Shown piece by piece: positions 28,932 through 43,000 of a DNA stretch of 64,000 nt; the first letter of the stretch is position 1, and each line of letters starts with the position of its first letter. The position numbers and the translations under genes were made by a program. Source of the stretch: Klebsormidium nitens (lineage: Eukaryota; Plantae; Klebsormidiophyceae); contig DF237363.1 in the NCBI GenBank assembly GCA_000708835.1, positions 18,631 to 82,630 on the forward strand, read 5' to 3'. The notes under the pieces were generated by a model that saw only the letters and a program-made list of their open reading frames with translations, made no database searches and was not told where the DNA came from.

Positions 28932-31900
28932 ATGGGGTCAGCAAACGTTGCGGACCTTGACAAGGTATGGGAGATCAAGGTGTTGAAGAAAGAGAGAGCG
29001 GAGGAGGCTCGCAAGATGCTCGAAGCGGTGGCCAAGCAGGTGCAGCCAATCATGAGGAAAAGGAAGTGGAAAGTTAGAATGCTTTCAGAGTTCAGGTGTG
29101 TGTCGCCATTCGCTCTCTGCTGTCTGCTTCCTGACTTACATGTACATCCCAGTTTAAGGTTTTTCTTGTTCACAGTTGTTGAAATGTTTACAGTTGTTGA
29201 AGTTGTTGGGAAATTGCTAAGTGGAAAGGTTGGCACTTCCGTGCTCTGCATCTAGGATCCCTGTTGCATCCGTCATCTATCATCAAACTGATCAGTCCTC
29301 CTAGCTCAGTAACTTGGGGGCAAACTGGGGTGGTTCGTGCATGCTCTTCTCTAGGGCTAGAGGTGGTGGAGCATCTGACCCTGCAACACTGTAGTGAACT
29401 GGCTTTCAAAAGTCCGGAAAGATTACACTATGCAGAAACGCATGGGTTGTGCTGCAGCGGAGTGCGCACTCCTGTCAAATCCGCCTGATTGGCTCATTAC
29501 ACAGACCCCAATATCCTGCAGCTTCTAATACTGGCGTGATTGAGTGACCCTTTCCTCTTAGAAGAGAGTTAAAAACTGTCTTGACCTTATTCGTTGAGCT
29601 GAGTGATTGATTGTCTGAAACGGTGAACGGGCTGCGAGACTGAGTAAACGCATGAGTGGCCCCTTGAGTTTGTCACTGAGTCAGTGAGTGAGCCACCCTG
29701 AAGTTCCTCAGGCACGCAGAATTCATATATGTCAGATTATCAGAGCTTTGTAGTAATTGATCGTGACTCCCCTGCAGTCCCACCAACCCCGCCCTCCTGG
29801 GGCTGAACGTCAACCGCGGCCAGGAAGTGAAGATCCGGCTGCGTCCCCACAAGCGCGACTCCGAGTTCTACCCTTGGGAACACGTGTTGGGAACCATGTT
29901 GCATGAACTCACGCATAACGAGGTCGGCCCTCACAACGCAAACTTCTACAAGTTGCTGGATGAGATTACGAAGGAGTGCGAGGATCTGATGGCCAAGGGG
30001 ATATCGGGGTCGGGACAAGGGTTCGATGCGCGGGGGGTGCGGCTGGGAGGCGTGACGCACAACCCGCCACCGACGAACCTGCGCTCGGTTGCGGCGAGGG
30101 CAGCGGAGAAGCGGCTCAAGGCGACGCAGGTTGGTTGATGTCTCTGTGGGTTGTTTTTGCTGGAGGGGTTTTCTGCACGCCATTCCAATCCGTAAACGCC
30201 AAACAAATAGACTGTGCTATCCCTGCGATTCAAAAGCATTCCTTCGCTGAACTGCGAGTGGCTTCTGAAACGGTTGCTGCAAATCATCTTCCGAAGAGGA
30301 GAATGGCTTAGAGCGGTAAAGTCGACGGAGTTGATATGGTGTATCGTTTTTCTTATGAGTTTGGAAGCTTGTCTCAGGAGAATTCATGCCTGGCTGGTGG
30401 TTCCCGTTGATATCGTGAAAGTCGAAGTTTTGTTGTGAAGCTGCCATTTATTGTATAATCCCTCCCTTATTACAGGTTTTTTCCACCCGTTGGGTTATAT
30501 CGTGTAGACACACGTGTAGACGCACAGGAAGAGCTGTTTCGACGATGACAATCCCGTTATCCAGATCCGGCCAACGTACGGGGCCTTGCTCTTGATCCGA
30601 CCACAGACTTTGCTAACACATATCCTTGACATTTACCCCCCCCCAGAAATAGCAGATGGACTTCCAGCGTCAGACCACGAGAAATCCTGGCTTTCAGAGA
30701 ACTAGTGCTTTCAAAACACGGCTCAAAAGGTTCCGAAGATGTCTCTCTCAAAGAAGCCAAGAGTTGGTTTTGAGGATTTCCAACTTTTTTCAAGATTATG
30801 GACATGTCGTGTTTACAGGTGATGCCAAGCGGACCCCGCAAGCTGGGCGGCGACCGTGGCCTGATGCGCGACCTTCCTCCGGGCGTAGCTGCCGCAATGG
30901 CCGCCGAGCGCCGCGCCGCTGACGACAAGTGGTGCGCAGGAGCTGCCACCGCGCAGAACGAGTCGGACGAGGCAGGGGTCCGGGCGACGCAAGAGGCGGA
31001 GCGGGGAGGAGGGAGTGCTGGCGAGACGAGTGGCTCGGGCGGGGGCGATGCTCAGCAAAGAAGAGGGGTGATGTCTGCAGTGAACGGCAATGTGAATGGT
31101 GCTAGTGGGGCGAGTACGAGCGGGTCGGGAAGGGTGGGACTGGGCGGTTTGGAACGGGGGAATGGTTTGGGCGGGGCTCGACAAGCATCACGACCAGGGG
31201 AGATGGCGAGAAAGGACGTTGGTATTGACGGGAAGACGGAAAGAGTGGGGGCCGTGCAACGTGCGGGCAAAGAGGTGGAGAACGGGGGAGGAGGAGTGGC
31301 GGAAGCGTTGGCAGCGGCGGCGGAAAGGAGGAAGCGGAAGCAGGCGGGCGAAGACTGGGAGGCGGGACGTGGCTGGGCCTGCTCGGTTTGCACGCTTGAA
31401 AACAACGTGAGTCCGATGTTTCGCCGTTGCTGTTTGTCGTCGTCTTTGAATTGCCTCTTCTTTTTTTGCCCTATCTTGCTTCACATTCCGGCAGGACGTT
31501 GATTTGCGACTGCATTCTGCACGACTCGAAAGCTTGTTCTGATCGTCCTGGACTTTCTGATTCTTTGAAGGGCGTCGATGATGGTGTGATCAAAGTCGAT
31601 CCTTGTGATGGGGCTTTTCGCTTGCTGATTTGGCGCTTGGTCGCTTCCGCTGCATTTGTGAACCAGCCAATATGCATCTAATTCGATATCGGGCAGACTT
31701 GGTGTGGTTGGGAGATGCAAAACATCTATTTTGCTTGGTCCTGATAAGCGCATTATTTCGGTTGAGAAAGAGTGGTTCCAAGCCTTGGCTTTCCCGAGAC
31801 AGTACTCCTCCGTTCGTTTTGGGCCATTTTCGATGCTTTGATCTTCCCATTTTACCTTTGATTTGAAGCGGAGCCTGGCAAATCTTGCCGATAGTTTTCG

Positions 31901-32506
31901 TTCCCGTCTCTCTGTTCCAGAGGTGCAAAAAAATGTGCCGTGTGGACAATGGCTCAGAGCTTATTCGTTGCCATGCACGAAACTTTTTGACAAACTACAA
32001 CGGCTCGTAAGACAACGACGAGCGCTTTCCTGTGCCTGCAGTCGTTGGCCCTTCAATGTGGTGCGTGCGGAGCCCTCCGAAGCGCTGCGGCCAGTTCCCC
32101 GACTTTGGATACCTTCTGGCACTGCCAAGCTTGCACGTTGCAGAATCCCGCCGGCGCAACCACTTGCAGCGCATGCGGCGCTCAGCGGGACGTAGTTGGC
32201 GGAACGGAAGAAGACGCGGACACAGTGATGCTACCAGCGGATGGGTTGGACGGCCCAGCTTCGACCAGCAGGAAAGGAAAAGAGAGCGTCACGGATGGGG
32301 GATCAGTACAAATGGATCAAGGGCGAGTGGTCCAAGGTGTGATTGATTTAGAAGGCGCCGGGCCCGGAAGTCAGCAGCAGAAGGGATGGGCGTGCAAGTT
32401 TTGCACTTTGATGAACGAGCCGCGTTCGTCCAAGTGCGCAGCTTGCGAAGAGTGGCGGTACTCCTTTGGAGCACCCCTGACGCATAGACCAGTTACTGAG
32501 ACCTGA
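28932..32506 (+). CDS. WSS1: WSS1-like WLM metalloprotease with three RanBP2-type zinc fingers (DNA-protein crosslink repair)
   Basis: Four exons in frame; VQPIMRKRKWKV..SEF|SPTNPALLGLNVNRG..IRLR; HELTH zinc motif; LGG..AAERR; W-x-C-x2-C-TL-x-N...C-x2-C three times, the first split by an intron. Confidence 0.92.
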
Positions 32507-33061
32507 ACGCCATGTCATAAGGTTGCCGGTTTAGTGAAGAGATACGAGACAGGTAACTTGTGTACTTTGAGAAGGCTATGAGGCTCACAATCAACGGGCG
32601 TTTCTACCTAGTCTGGATACGAACCAAGTAGGACTGGAACCTGTTTATACATACTAACGACTTGCAAACATTGTATCACGATACTCATACACGCTGTGCA
32701 GCCTACGGTCTAATTTCTATATCAACTTGAAATACATTCCCGGTCGAGATTTCAAACAGCATGACTGTCCGATTTGGTACGTCTCTCCATGGCACAGCGT
32801 TTCGTTGGAATGAAGGCGATATGTATGAAATCGATCTGTCATCAGTGCTAGCTAGACAAATATGAGGCATGATTAAGCTGGCACGTGCATATACGTATGT
32901 ACAGGGGCCCCGGGGCGCGCGCGTGCGGCTGACGGCCCTCAACAAGTTCAGACGGTGGTCACGTTAAATTGTCGAGAAGAGCATGTACGGTACATGCAAG
33001 CATGGAATTTCTCACCCTCGTCACTTGCACCATGGCATGCATTGTGGATCCGAATCTGAGG

Positions 33062-33105
33062 GGATTATGGATTGTCAAGCGAATTCGCTTGACAATCCAT
33101 AATCC
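33062..33105. repeat. Perfect 44-bp palindrome
   Basis: GGATTATGGATTGTCAAGCG-AATT-CGCTTGACAATCCATAATCC; arms are exact reverse complements. Confidence 0.95.
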
Positions 33106-34005
33106 ACTTAACTTAAGTCAATGGTTGGCTAGAACGCCATTGAAAGCTTGCTCTGCGGGTAAAATACAAAAAATGCTTCAAAAAAGCTCGTATTTAAAAG
33201 ACTCTCGGAGAATCGTTAATCTTCTGCACGTAAAAGGAGCTCGTATTGGCAATATTTTACATTAAGAAAAGCAGCCATACGCTGCTTACTATACATGTCG
33301 TTCTTGAAGGGTTAAAGCGCAGCTCGCATCAGATTGTCTTACAAACCTGCTACTGAAGCAACACAATGAGCCGCTTACTTCAAATGCTTATCAGGTTAGC
33401 ACGTCCTATTTCAAGCATACCAATGCCCGGAGGACCCGTGGCTCCAACGTCTGGAGAGCACCTCGGAGCTTCCTTCCCCCGAGATTGGTCTATGGCTAGA
33501 CGACTTGGTCACTTGGAGTCCTTTGTTGGAGGACGCCGCGCCTGGTAGAAAAGAAACGTCGCCTTAATGGACGGACTCGAAATGAGATCGTCAGCCCAGA
33601 TTTGTAGGTGTCTTTGAACTGCAGTTGAATTTGCGTACTCTATTAGCAACTTCTTTTCTTTCAAGCGGGCCTTGGAGCACGCGAAAGACGGGAATGTCAA
33701 TCAGACGGATGCACAATGTTTTCCGAAATGTTTGAGCTTCACATCTTCCTCTTGATCTTAGTCAGCAGACGCCCCCGACCCTTTAAACTAAACAATTCTG
33801 ACCTGCTTCCACAATAAGCACTCTAGCCAGTCAGCTTACAGTTGGCTAACTAAGAGCCAGCTTGGCTCCCCAATCTTGCCACTTGACCGATATATACCTG
33901 TCCTTAAGTCAGATCCAGGTCCCCGGAGTTCTTAGGGTACAAAGTATGCTTTTGCAGCAGCACAACCAACTGCAAAGGCTTAGGATACCACAGAACTTGC
34001 TCAAG

Positions 34006-37000
34006 TCACTTACCCGCACTCTCCGCGCCCCCGTCCTTCCCCTCGGCCAGCCGCTGCACGATCTCGCTCAGCCCGCGCAGCTTCTCCTCCAGCCCATCTA
34101 GTTGCTTCAGCACCTGCTCCTTCTCCCGCTTCTTCGACCTGCTCCGCTGCAAACTAGGTCGGGGGGCTTCCCCCGGGCGCTTCCTCAGGGTCATGTCACG
34201 TGGCACCAGGACGTGCAGCCACGCGGGGAACCACTCCGGGTTGCACCGCTCGGCGGTCGACATATTGGTTTCGATGAGGAAGAGCATCTGGGCGCGGCCT
34301 CGGAGAAAGTGAACCTCCGCTTGCTTGCGCATCTTTTCGAACGTGCGGCTGATGATAGCGATGAGCACCGTCAGCATGATGATGGCCACGACTGCACGAG
34401 AAGAGGGGAGAGACGTCAGCATGACGTTAGCCACGACTGCACGAGCAGAGTGGAGCGACGGGGTCCAGAAGTTGCAAACGGGATTCCGAAAAGAGGGCCT
34501 ACGGGTTCGCTTGCGAACGGGTCGAACGCGGCGAGATTGGACACACAGTGCCGTCGGAACGATGATAACCACCCCTGCGGGTTTGACTGGGCGAGAGACG
34601 TAAAAACAGACCTTGACACAAAGCTGCGTGCGCACTGGAAATAAGTAGAGAGGGAACGGAACAATGGAACAGCTTTTACAGGGCAAGGCTACCAACAGGG
34701 CCTCATACGTCAGGCGTGCGGCAAACATGGCACGGAGAGGTACGGCAAGCAAGAGTACAAGCCCTAAACTCACTAACGATGGACGACGGTCCACCAAAAG
34801 AACGGATAGCCAAACTTCGGCAACATGAAGACAGCAACGCCGGTTAGATTTACGGCAGGCCGACGGCAGACACGGTGGCAGGAACGGCGGCAAAACACGA
34901 AACCAAACTGGCAGAATGGGATTGAGGCAGCATCAATTGTGACCGGAAGGCCGGAACGAGAGCGGAACAGCGGGATTAGAGCGGAACGCCGGAGCCGGAC
35001 CGGGCCTTACTGAGCATGAAGACGAGGAAGAGCGCGGTGGATGCCCAGCGGATTGTCTGCGGCTTTGCGTTGATGAAGGGGCACATGTCGACCTGGCCGA
35101 ACATGGACTGGAACAGGAACACCGCGCTGCGGGGCCAGCTCGAGAACGGGTCGTACGACACGCCGCAGCGCTCTTGCACGCGCGTCGAGAGCCCGTCCGC
35201 ATAGAGAAGCGTGTACGCGAGCGAGAAGGAGAGGAGAACTAGAAGGAGGACTACGAGGAAGGCTTTTATGTCGGCGACCACTTCGAGGAGCAGTGAAACG
35301 AGCGGACCGAACATGGAGAATGAAGTAAAGATCCAGAGGCCGCGCATGCAGATGAGGAGCGCGGACGCGGCGGAGACGATGTTGGTTGCGGAAACTAGGT
35401 TGGGGGGCACGGCGCCGAGGCCGCCCGCGCCGCGGTATGAGATTTGCGCCCAGATGAGGCCGACGGTGGCGGTGGTCATGAAGTTGTTGAGGAACCACAC
35501 GAGCGCAATTGTGCGCGGCTGGCCCTGCTTGGAGAACCAGGTGCGGCGGTACCTGGAGGAAGGAAGAAGAAAGAGCAGGGTTCTAGACTGAGATCTAGGC
35601 CGGTGATTTCTGAGTTACAATCAGGCAGACATGTGCATTCTGGTCTTGCTTGGAGAACCAGGTGCGGCGATACCTGGGGGAGGGAGGAAGAGAGAGCCGG
35701 GTTCTAACTCAAGATCTGGCGGTTCTTTCTGGTTTACAATCTGGGCAGACATGTGTGCTGGCCCTGCTTGGAGAACCAGGTGCGGCGGTCCCTGGGAGAA
35801 GGTGAAAGAGAAAGAGCCCAGTTCTAGACTGCGACCTGGGCTGGTTCTTTCTGATTTACAATATGGGCAGACGTGTGTTGTTTTGGTCCTGTTTGAAGGA
35901 CCAAGTGCGCGGTACTTGAGGGAAGGAGGGAGAGAGAGCGGGTTCTAGACTGGAAACTGGGCCGGTGGTTCCTGAGGTACAAACTAGGCAGACATGTGTG
36001 CTGGCCCTGCTTTGTGAGGCAGATGCGGGGTATTGGAGGAAGAGAGAGCCGACTTTTTAATGTCGCGACACTTAGGAATAGTAAGCTCAAGGAATAGTGA
36101 GCTCAACCAAACACTAAAACCCTAACCCATTGAATCTACCCGCTCCGCACCCGTACCCACCCTAAACCCCCAAACTAACCCTACCCGTCCCAGGCCGGTG
36201 ATCTTACTATTCCTTGAGCTTACTATTCCTGAAGTGCTACGGTATGACTTTTAAGACCTGGGCTGAGATGTGTGGTGGCCCAGCATTGACAACCAGGTGC
36301 AACAGGATATTGGGGGAAACAATACGGAACAACCTATCCTACTCAGACGTGAAAGAACTAGACACGATACATGGAAAGACACGGACGAACTCTGCATCGA
36401 AATTGATTACCAGAGGGCTGATGAATTGATCTGTCTTCCAATCATGGATGTGATCGATAGGGAACGCAAGGGCATTGCTCACATAGAGCAAGAGGACAGG
36501 AAAAAAGAAGCAGATAAACAAATTTTGGTCATCTTCTATCAAAACCAGAGATGGAACACCGACTCCAATGACAGAAAAAAGGGGGTTAATGAGTCAGCAG
36601 CGACAATCAAGAACAAACAGTATGCAAGGTATGTCCTTCAAGATAAGGAGGATTTGGAACAGGAGCAGAGAAAGGATCTCACTTGATGAGGATCCCCAGG
36701 TGAAACACCACGAGCGTCGCGCCCGAGACATACGTCGCGCGCCCGGCGGCAGAATCCGTGCCCATGTTGGGCGACGATGTCGGAACCAGGACCACGATCA
36801 GAAACAGCAGCAGGTAGATCGTGTAGAGGACGACGGTCTTGGTAACAATCCAACGGCCGTAGGCGTTCCACTTGTGGTTCAGCAGCGCGCGCATGATGGC
36901 CGTCGTGAACACGTCGCGCGCCGTCTCGCGCGTGCAGTAGCGCACGATCGCCCAGAAGAGGTTCACTCTGCGGGGGGAAGGTCTGGTTAGTGGCCAGAAA

Positions 37001-40000
37001 AGCTTGTTGCGCGTTAGGCAACGAAGCTTCTGACTGGCAGTCCCGTGAAAGTGATTGAGCTGCCAAAAAGTGAATCCTTCTGCAGGCGCAGAAACTCAAA
37101 GCCTTGAGATCCCAATGACGTCAGGGGTGAAATGCTCAAGCAGACGAACAGATCCAGAGGCGTCTTTCCAAGTCAAATTTCTCTCTTCCGGCTTCCAAAG
37201 AGGACATAACGTGCTTGCCTGCTGTACCCCTCCATTTGATATTCCAACAGCACTTGCTATAAGCAAATAGACACCTCCTAGACTCCCGGGACTCTCAGGC
37301 TCTCGGAAATGCCAGACTCCCTTTCAGGTCGAAATTATGCACCAATCCTGCTCACCGGTAATCCGCCAAAGACAGCGTCCTCAACCGCACCATCTCACCT
37401 TTTGCGTGTGACAACTGTGCCAAAAGCCTCAACTCTTTCACGTCATTTATTCTGAAAACTCTCGATTCCGCTTGTGATTTCCGGACAGATTCTAGCACCA
37501 ATCCTGCTTACCGGTAATCCGCCAACGACAGCGTCCGCAGCCGTACCATCCGCGCCTCCACAGGCTGACCCCCCCCTTGCCGCCCGCCCCCCATCGGGTT
37601 CCCAAACTCCGCCCGGCACTCCTCGCTCCTCCTAAACATGCACTTCACCCGCCGTATGAGACACCCCCGGCAATGACAACCGTGGGGGTGTCGCTGAATG
37701 AGGCCTTCCAGGTCTTGGATGTAGACTTCCCAGAGGCCCCGTTGGGAGATGCGGTCGCTCGGGAGCGTGAGGGAGTCGTCGTTCAGAACTGCCCACTCGA
37801 CGCCTTCCGCAACCTGGGGAAGGCTGGGGCCCAGGCCGAGGGTGTCCAACAGGGGGGCCATCTGCGCCAGAAAGTTCGAAGGCTCAGAGATTCTGAAAAG
37901 TTACAAGCTTCTGAATAGACAACCCTTTTAAACCGAGCAAAATGTAAAAAAATTGCCGCGGAAAAAGATAGGGCCTAGGCCTACGGTGTCCAACAGAGGG
38001 GCCATCTGCGTGTGGAAAACCGGCAATTTCTGAGCAAATTTGACAGGGTTCTAGAAGCGAGTCAACAGATCACACGGATCCGTATTAAGGGCGCTCTCTT
38101 TGTCCATAGTAAACGAAGTAGACAAGGGCTAAAGAAAGGGGCCTAGATCAGAGAGGAATCAGAGATAGTCCTGTTTCGTGGCACGGGATCTCCAACGCTT
38201 GTAGATGCTTCACCCAATCAATTTGGTTGCTCCAAAGGTTGCTTCCCAACTCTTTCTCGCGATTAGTTTCCAAAGATGCTTTTGCGGGCCGTCTACCGCA
38301 AGGAGGAGATGGCGGTCTGGGAAGTTGGCTTCTTCGCAACGCACAGCGGGAAATCTCGACACGCTCAGCCGAGAGTTGGCCAATGACGGGCAACGAGTAC
38401 AAGGAACCCACAAACGCGTTTGTCGACTCTGTGAAACCTTCCGATGTAAGCGCTGACCTCTTCTCCAGTCCACAGGCATCTCGTCAGATCGCACTCAGAA
38501 GTCAAAGTCCTCGGAGACAGACAAGCCACTCACCATGCTGGGGTATGCCCCCGCCACCGCAATGAGCCCCCGCACGAGCCCCCCCCGCGAGTACGCGCTC
38601 GTCCTCGTCGGGATCGCCTCCAGCAACTTTGACACCGCCTGCAGATCTCCTCGATCCACCGCCAATTCCAACACGTCACCCGTCCGTTCCCGTCCGTGCC
38701 AATCAACCCACGCGATCCTCCCCAGGTCCAGTGCTACCGGGGGGGCCACTCTCTGCGCCTTTTCGTGCCCCCTGTCTGGGAGGAGCTCCCCCGAGTTGAA
38801 CGACGTGCTGCGGAGGCCGTCGTCGGTCCCCCCGTTCGCGAAGCGGTGCTCCTCCAGAAGGACCTCCAAAATGTCGCCCCCTCGGAGCGCGACCGCGACT
38901 GCAATTAGTGTCAAATGGTCGCCCCTAGTGGGCGACCCCTGCTGGAGTAAGTCCATCAGGCTGCACACCCCCCCGGGACTGACACCACTCGGGGGATCCC
39001 TCTCAGCGCTCTTGCTGGAAGCGTTCCGAGACCCCCGGCTGTTGTTCGAACTGGCGGCGCGCGCGCTGAAGCTCATACTGGGGGGCAGGCGCCAGGACAC
39101 GATCCCCTTTTCGCGCAGGTTTACGATGCAGGGATAGCGCGCCAGCAGCTGCCGCATGAAGTCCATCTCGCGGGGGGGTAGCTGGCCGCTCTGCAGGGGG
39201 GCCGGGCTGGCCCCGTTTGCAGCCCCCTGGAGCGAACCCAAACTGCTGGCAGAGTACGCAAACTTCGACCCCTGGGGCTGGAGCGAGCGGAGCCCCCGTA
39301 ACACATCGGAGAAAGACGGCTGCTGACTCGACAGAAACGTAATGTCGATCATCTTTATGAGCGACGTGCCCGGGATGGGCACCGCCACAAAGGATGACGT
39401 GGCGCGATCCTCGCCGTCGAACGTGCCGTAGCGCTTGTAGATGGCGTTGGAGGCGCTGATGATGTGTCTGGCGATGGGGGGGGGATCATGGGCGAGAACC
39501 AGAGGGGTTCGAGCGTGTGGATGTCGTAAGCTTGCGCCTCGCCGGGGCCGAGACAGACGACGGCATCGCCAGTAGGAGTGACGACGACGCGATTGAAACG
39601 TGTACTGCGATCACAGAAAAGATCAGTAAGGGAGCAAGTTCTCTCGTGTCCAGCGCCTTCCCTACTTCCGTCGTATTCCGCTCTGAACGGCTGAACCGGA
39701 CTAGTGTAGAAAGCAGGCAAACAGTACTTCTGGAGGCGACGAGGGCTTCTCGATTGTGAACCAGAAGTGGGCATCCTTTGTCTCTACACTCGGACGACCC
39801 GCTTGGCCTGACCCTTCTTCCCTCTCTCCCTCGACACACTGACTAGCAGATTGACAGAGCCCAATCCGTTCTTGAAGCGCAATGAACTCTCATGCATAAT
39901 ATTTTCCAGCGCAGCTGCACAGCTTCAAAACGCCCCACCCACATCAACCTACCCCACGACGACGCGATGATAACGTCACTCACTTGAGCCGCGCCCGCTG

Positions 40001-43000
40001 CATCGTCCCGATGAAAGGCCCCCCTCCCGGGCCCTCCTCCGCCGAGTGCGGTCCCATAACCCACAGCTTGCTGCTCTTGCAACTCGTTTCCGTCACCAGC
40101 AGTGCGGTCGAGCCCTTGATCCCGTCTGCCGCGGCGCAGCTAATCACCTTTTGGTGCGCGCCCAGGCAGAGCAGCTCGAATGGCGTCCAAATGAGGGGGC
40201 CCTCTTCCTGGTACAGGGTGACCTTGTGCTCGCCGTTGAGGCAGATCAGCTCCGGGCCTGAAGAAACGGGTTTTTGAATGTCAGCCCGCCAAGATCAGCT
40301 CTTCGGGGGAAGCGCGCAACCGCTCAATCGTTTAGAGCTGCGAAGGTTCGGTCTCATGAACCAAGGTGCAAGATGGTTTTGCTTATCCTGAGTAAAAACT
40401 CTTTCATCACTGTAGAACGCCAAGAATTTCTGCCAGCATGCAAAGCCGCTGTAGCAGTCACAGGACATCCTTGAACACCCTGACTTCTTCCTTAGGTTGA
40501 TTGTTCATCTATGGGGTAGATTAATTTCACCCCGACGAAAACCAAGTGCATCTCACAATGAGCATGTAACACAGTCAAGTTCACCCCATCTTGCGCAAGC
40601 CCCCATCCTCACCCTACGCGAACCGAACTTGGGCTCAGCGGCATCATTGAATCTAAAGAGAACCCACCTGTCGGACCCTGTCGGAAGCTTGCCGACTGAA
40701 ACCCATCCTCGTGTTTCAGCACCACGCTCGGCGGCTGCGTCGACATCGTAAACAGGGCCTCGCTCGCGTCGCTTCCGTTCTCGCTCCCGTTCTCGCTGCT
40801 CCCGGGTTGCCCTGCGGACGTCCGCGAGCCGACCGACGGACTCTCCGAAGAACGGTCGGACCGTCCGGCGGGCCATGCGGACACCGCCCACAGGTGGACT
40901 TCCGTTCGGAGGGCCGGAAGGGCGGAATCCGGTTCGAGGACGGTGGCAAGGCCCTGCTTGACGATGACGGACGCGAGGCGGCCGTCGTGCGAGAACTGGA
41001 TGCGCGTCACCTCGCCGTCCAGCTTCTTGGCCCACCTGCAGGGGGATAAGCTGATGTCAACAACCGCGGGAACAGTCACGTCAGCGTGCTTAGCGAAAAA
41101 GAAGGGGCCTAATAATGTTAGAATCAGCTTTTCGCTGGTTCACAATCATTTTGGCAAACCCTTACCGACACTGCCACCGTTTGCAAATCAACGACAGTAA
41201 AGCCTTTTGTATCGACCAAAAGCAGCGGATGCAACAAGCGACCGGCAAAGAGGACTCCAACGCCTACTCCAAGGTGGAGAACATTCTCGAGACAGGAGAA
41301 ATACAATCAGCAACTGTGCTCTACGTGGAAAGAGTCGATATGCAACGCAGACGGCCTTGAACGTCCTCTCAAAGTCACGCTAGCAAAAAATAAGATGACC
41401 AAACCAGTGCACTTTACAACAGAAATGCTGACCTTAGGTCACAGCGGCCGCCCTTGATCCACCACGCCGCAATCGCGTCATCCCGCGTGCTGCCGCTGCC
41501 CGAGTGTGACGTCAGCAGCCAGCGCCCGTCCGGGGACAGCTCTAGGTGCTCTATGCTGTCCAGATGAGGTGGCAGCACCGTGATGCGCTCAGCCCACCGC
41601 CGCTCTTCCTCCACCCATCTGAACAAAATTGATTGTCTCATCTGTAAGTGCTGATCTGCTCTACGAAAGTGGCGCACAGCCTCGTGTCTGTTTGCTAGGA
41701 ATTTTGGGCTTTTTGAAACGACTGGGATGCCTGCACATCTGCATCCAGCAAGCGACTGTAACGAAGTGGTGCCGACAGCGCCAAAAGTTAGCAACTGACA
41801 TGGAAGCGGTACGAACGTCTGTGAAGGAGATGCAAGGTTAACTGTTTGAGATTGTAAGTGAAAGCCTACAATGTCGTGGCACCAGTAGGGAAAAGGCTTT
41901 TTCCCTCGGGTTCAGGACAGATCAAACCAATCATTGCATTAACAAAACATCTCTGAAGAGTAGGCGTTAACTTTTCAAACCACAAACAACTGCAGGGCAG
42001 GTTGACAGAAATGTATCACCCCCTGCCACGGTCCCGCTGAGCGTTCTCCAGGCCCGTCACAAATTCCAGAGACAGACCCGTTCCAGTAGACTGGTGATCA
42101 AAGCACCCTGACTGCCTCCATAGCCCAAACCACGTTGACGAGTCCGAGCCCGACGTTGTCAACCTACTGTCCCCGTGTACAATCGCCCGCTTCGACCGGT
42201 CACCATTCGAGCCCTCAAAAAGTTGGCACTGCGAGCATGTTGAGGCGCGGGAACCATCTTATGCGATCCAGAAACGCCCTCTCACCTGAACACGGCAACA
42301 CACTTGATGATCTCCCTCGTGACGTCGTCGTTCCGCCAGCCCCCGCACGCCATGAAGTGTCCACACCACGAGACGCACGCGCCGCTCATTTGCATGCCAG
42401 CTGGCGCCTCGTACGTCATCGCCCCCCGGCCGTTCCAGGGAGCGAGCGTCACGTGGCCCCCGTCGTCGATACCGACGAAGTGATCGCCGTCGCTGGAGAT
42501 CGCGCAGTGCTGCCAGGCGACGCGGCTGGACTGCAGCTCCTGCGAGAAGAAAAGCGGCTCGTATGTGAGAGCATGTTTGAAATTGACCGCCGGCCAAAAC
42601 CCAGCCCGGTTGAGCGTAATTTGGGCTTGTCGGCCTGTGGCCAATACTTTTGAGTGTACTCAACGACAAAGGGATCGGGCAGGGACTTTGGGGTGAATCT
42701 CATCATCTGGTCGATTAGTATTTGGAGCCGCGGATTCATGGCAAACATCACGGGTATAAACGGTGCCTTATCGGGCCCGGATGGTGATTCCTTTCGAACC
42801 AAGAAACTAGTGGGAACACGCTGCAGAATCTGGCATGCTTGAGCGAAAAACCAAAGGTCGCTGATTGCAAGTTAACATCTTGTAGGAGGAACAGGCAAGT
42901 CTCAGATCTTGAAGGAGATGCACAAACATGGCCCATACCTTGGTGTACAGTGGCGCCATGCTGTTTGCGTCCCACACCGTCAGCGTCGACCCCTCCTCCC

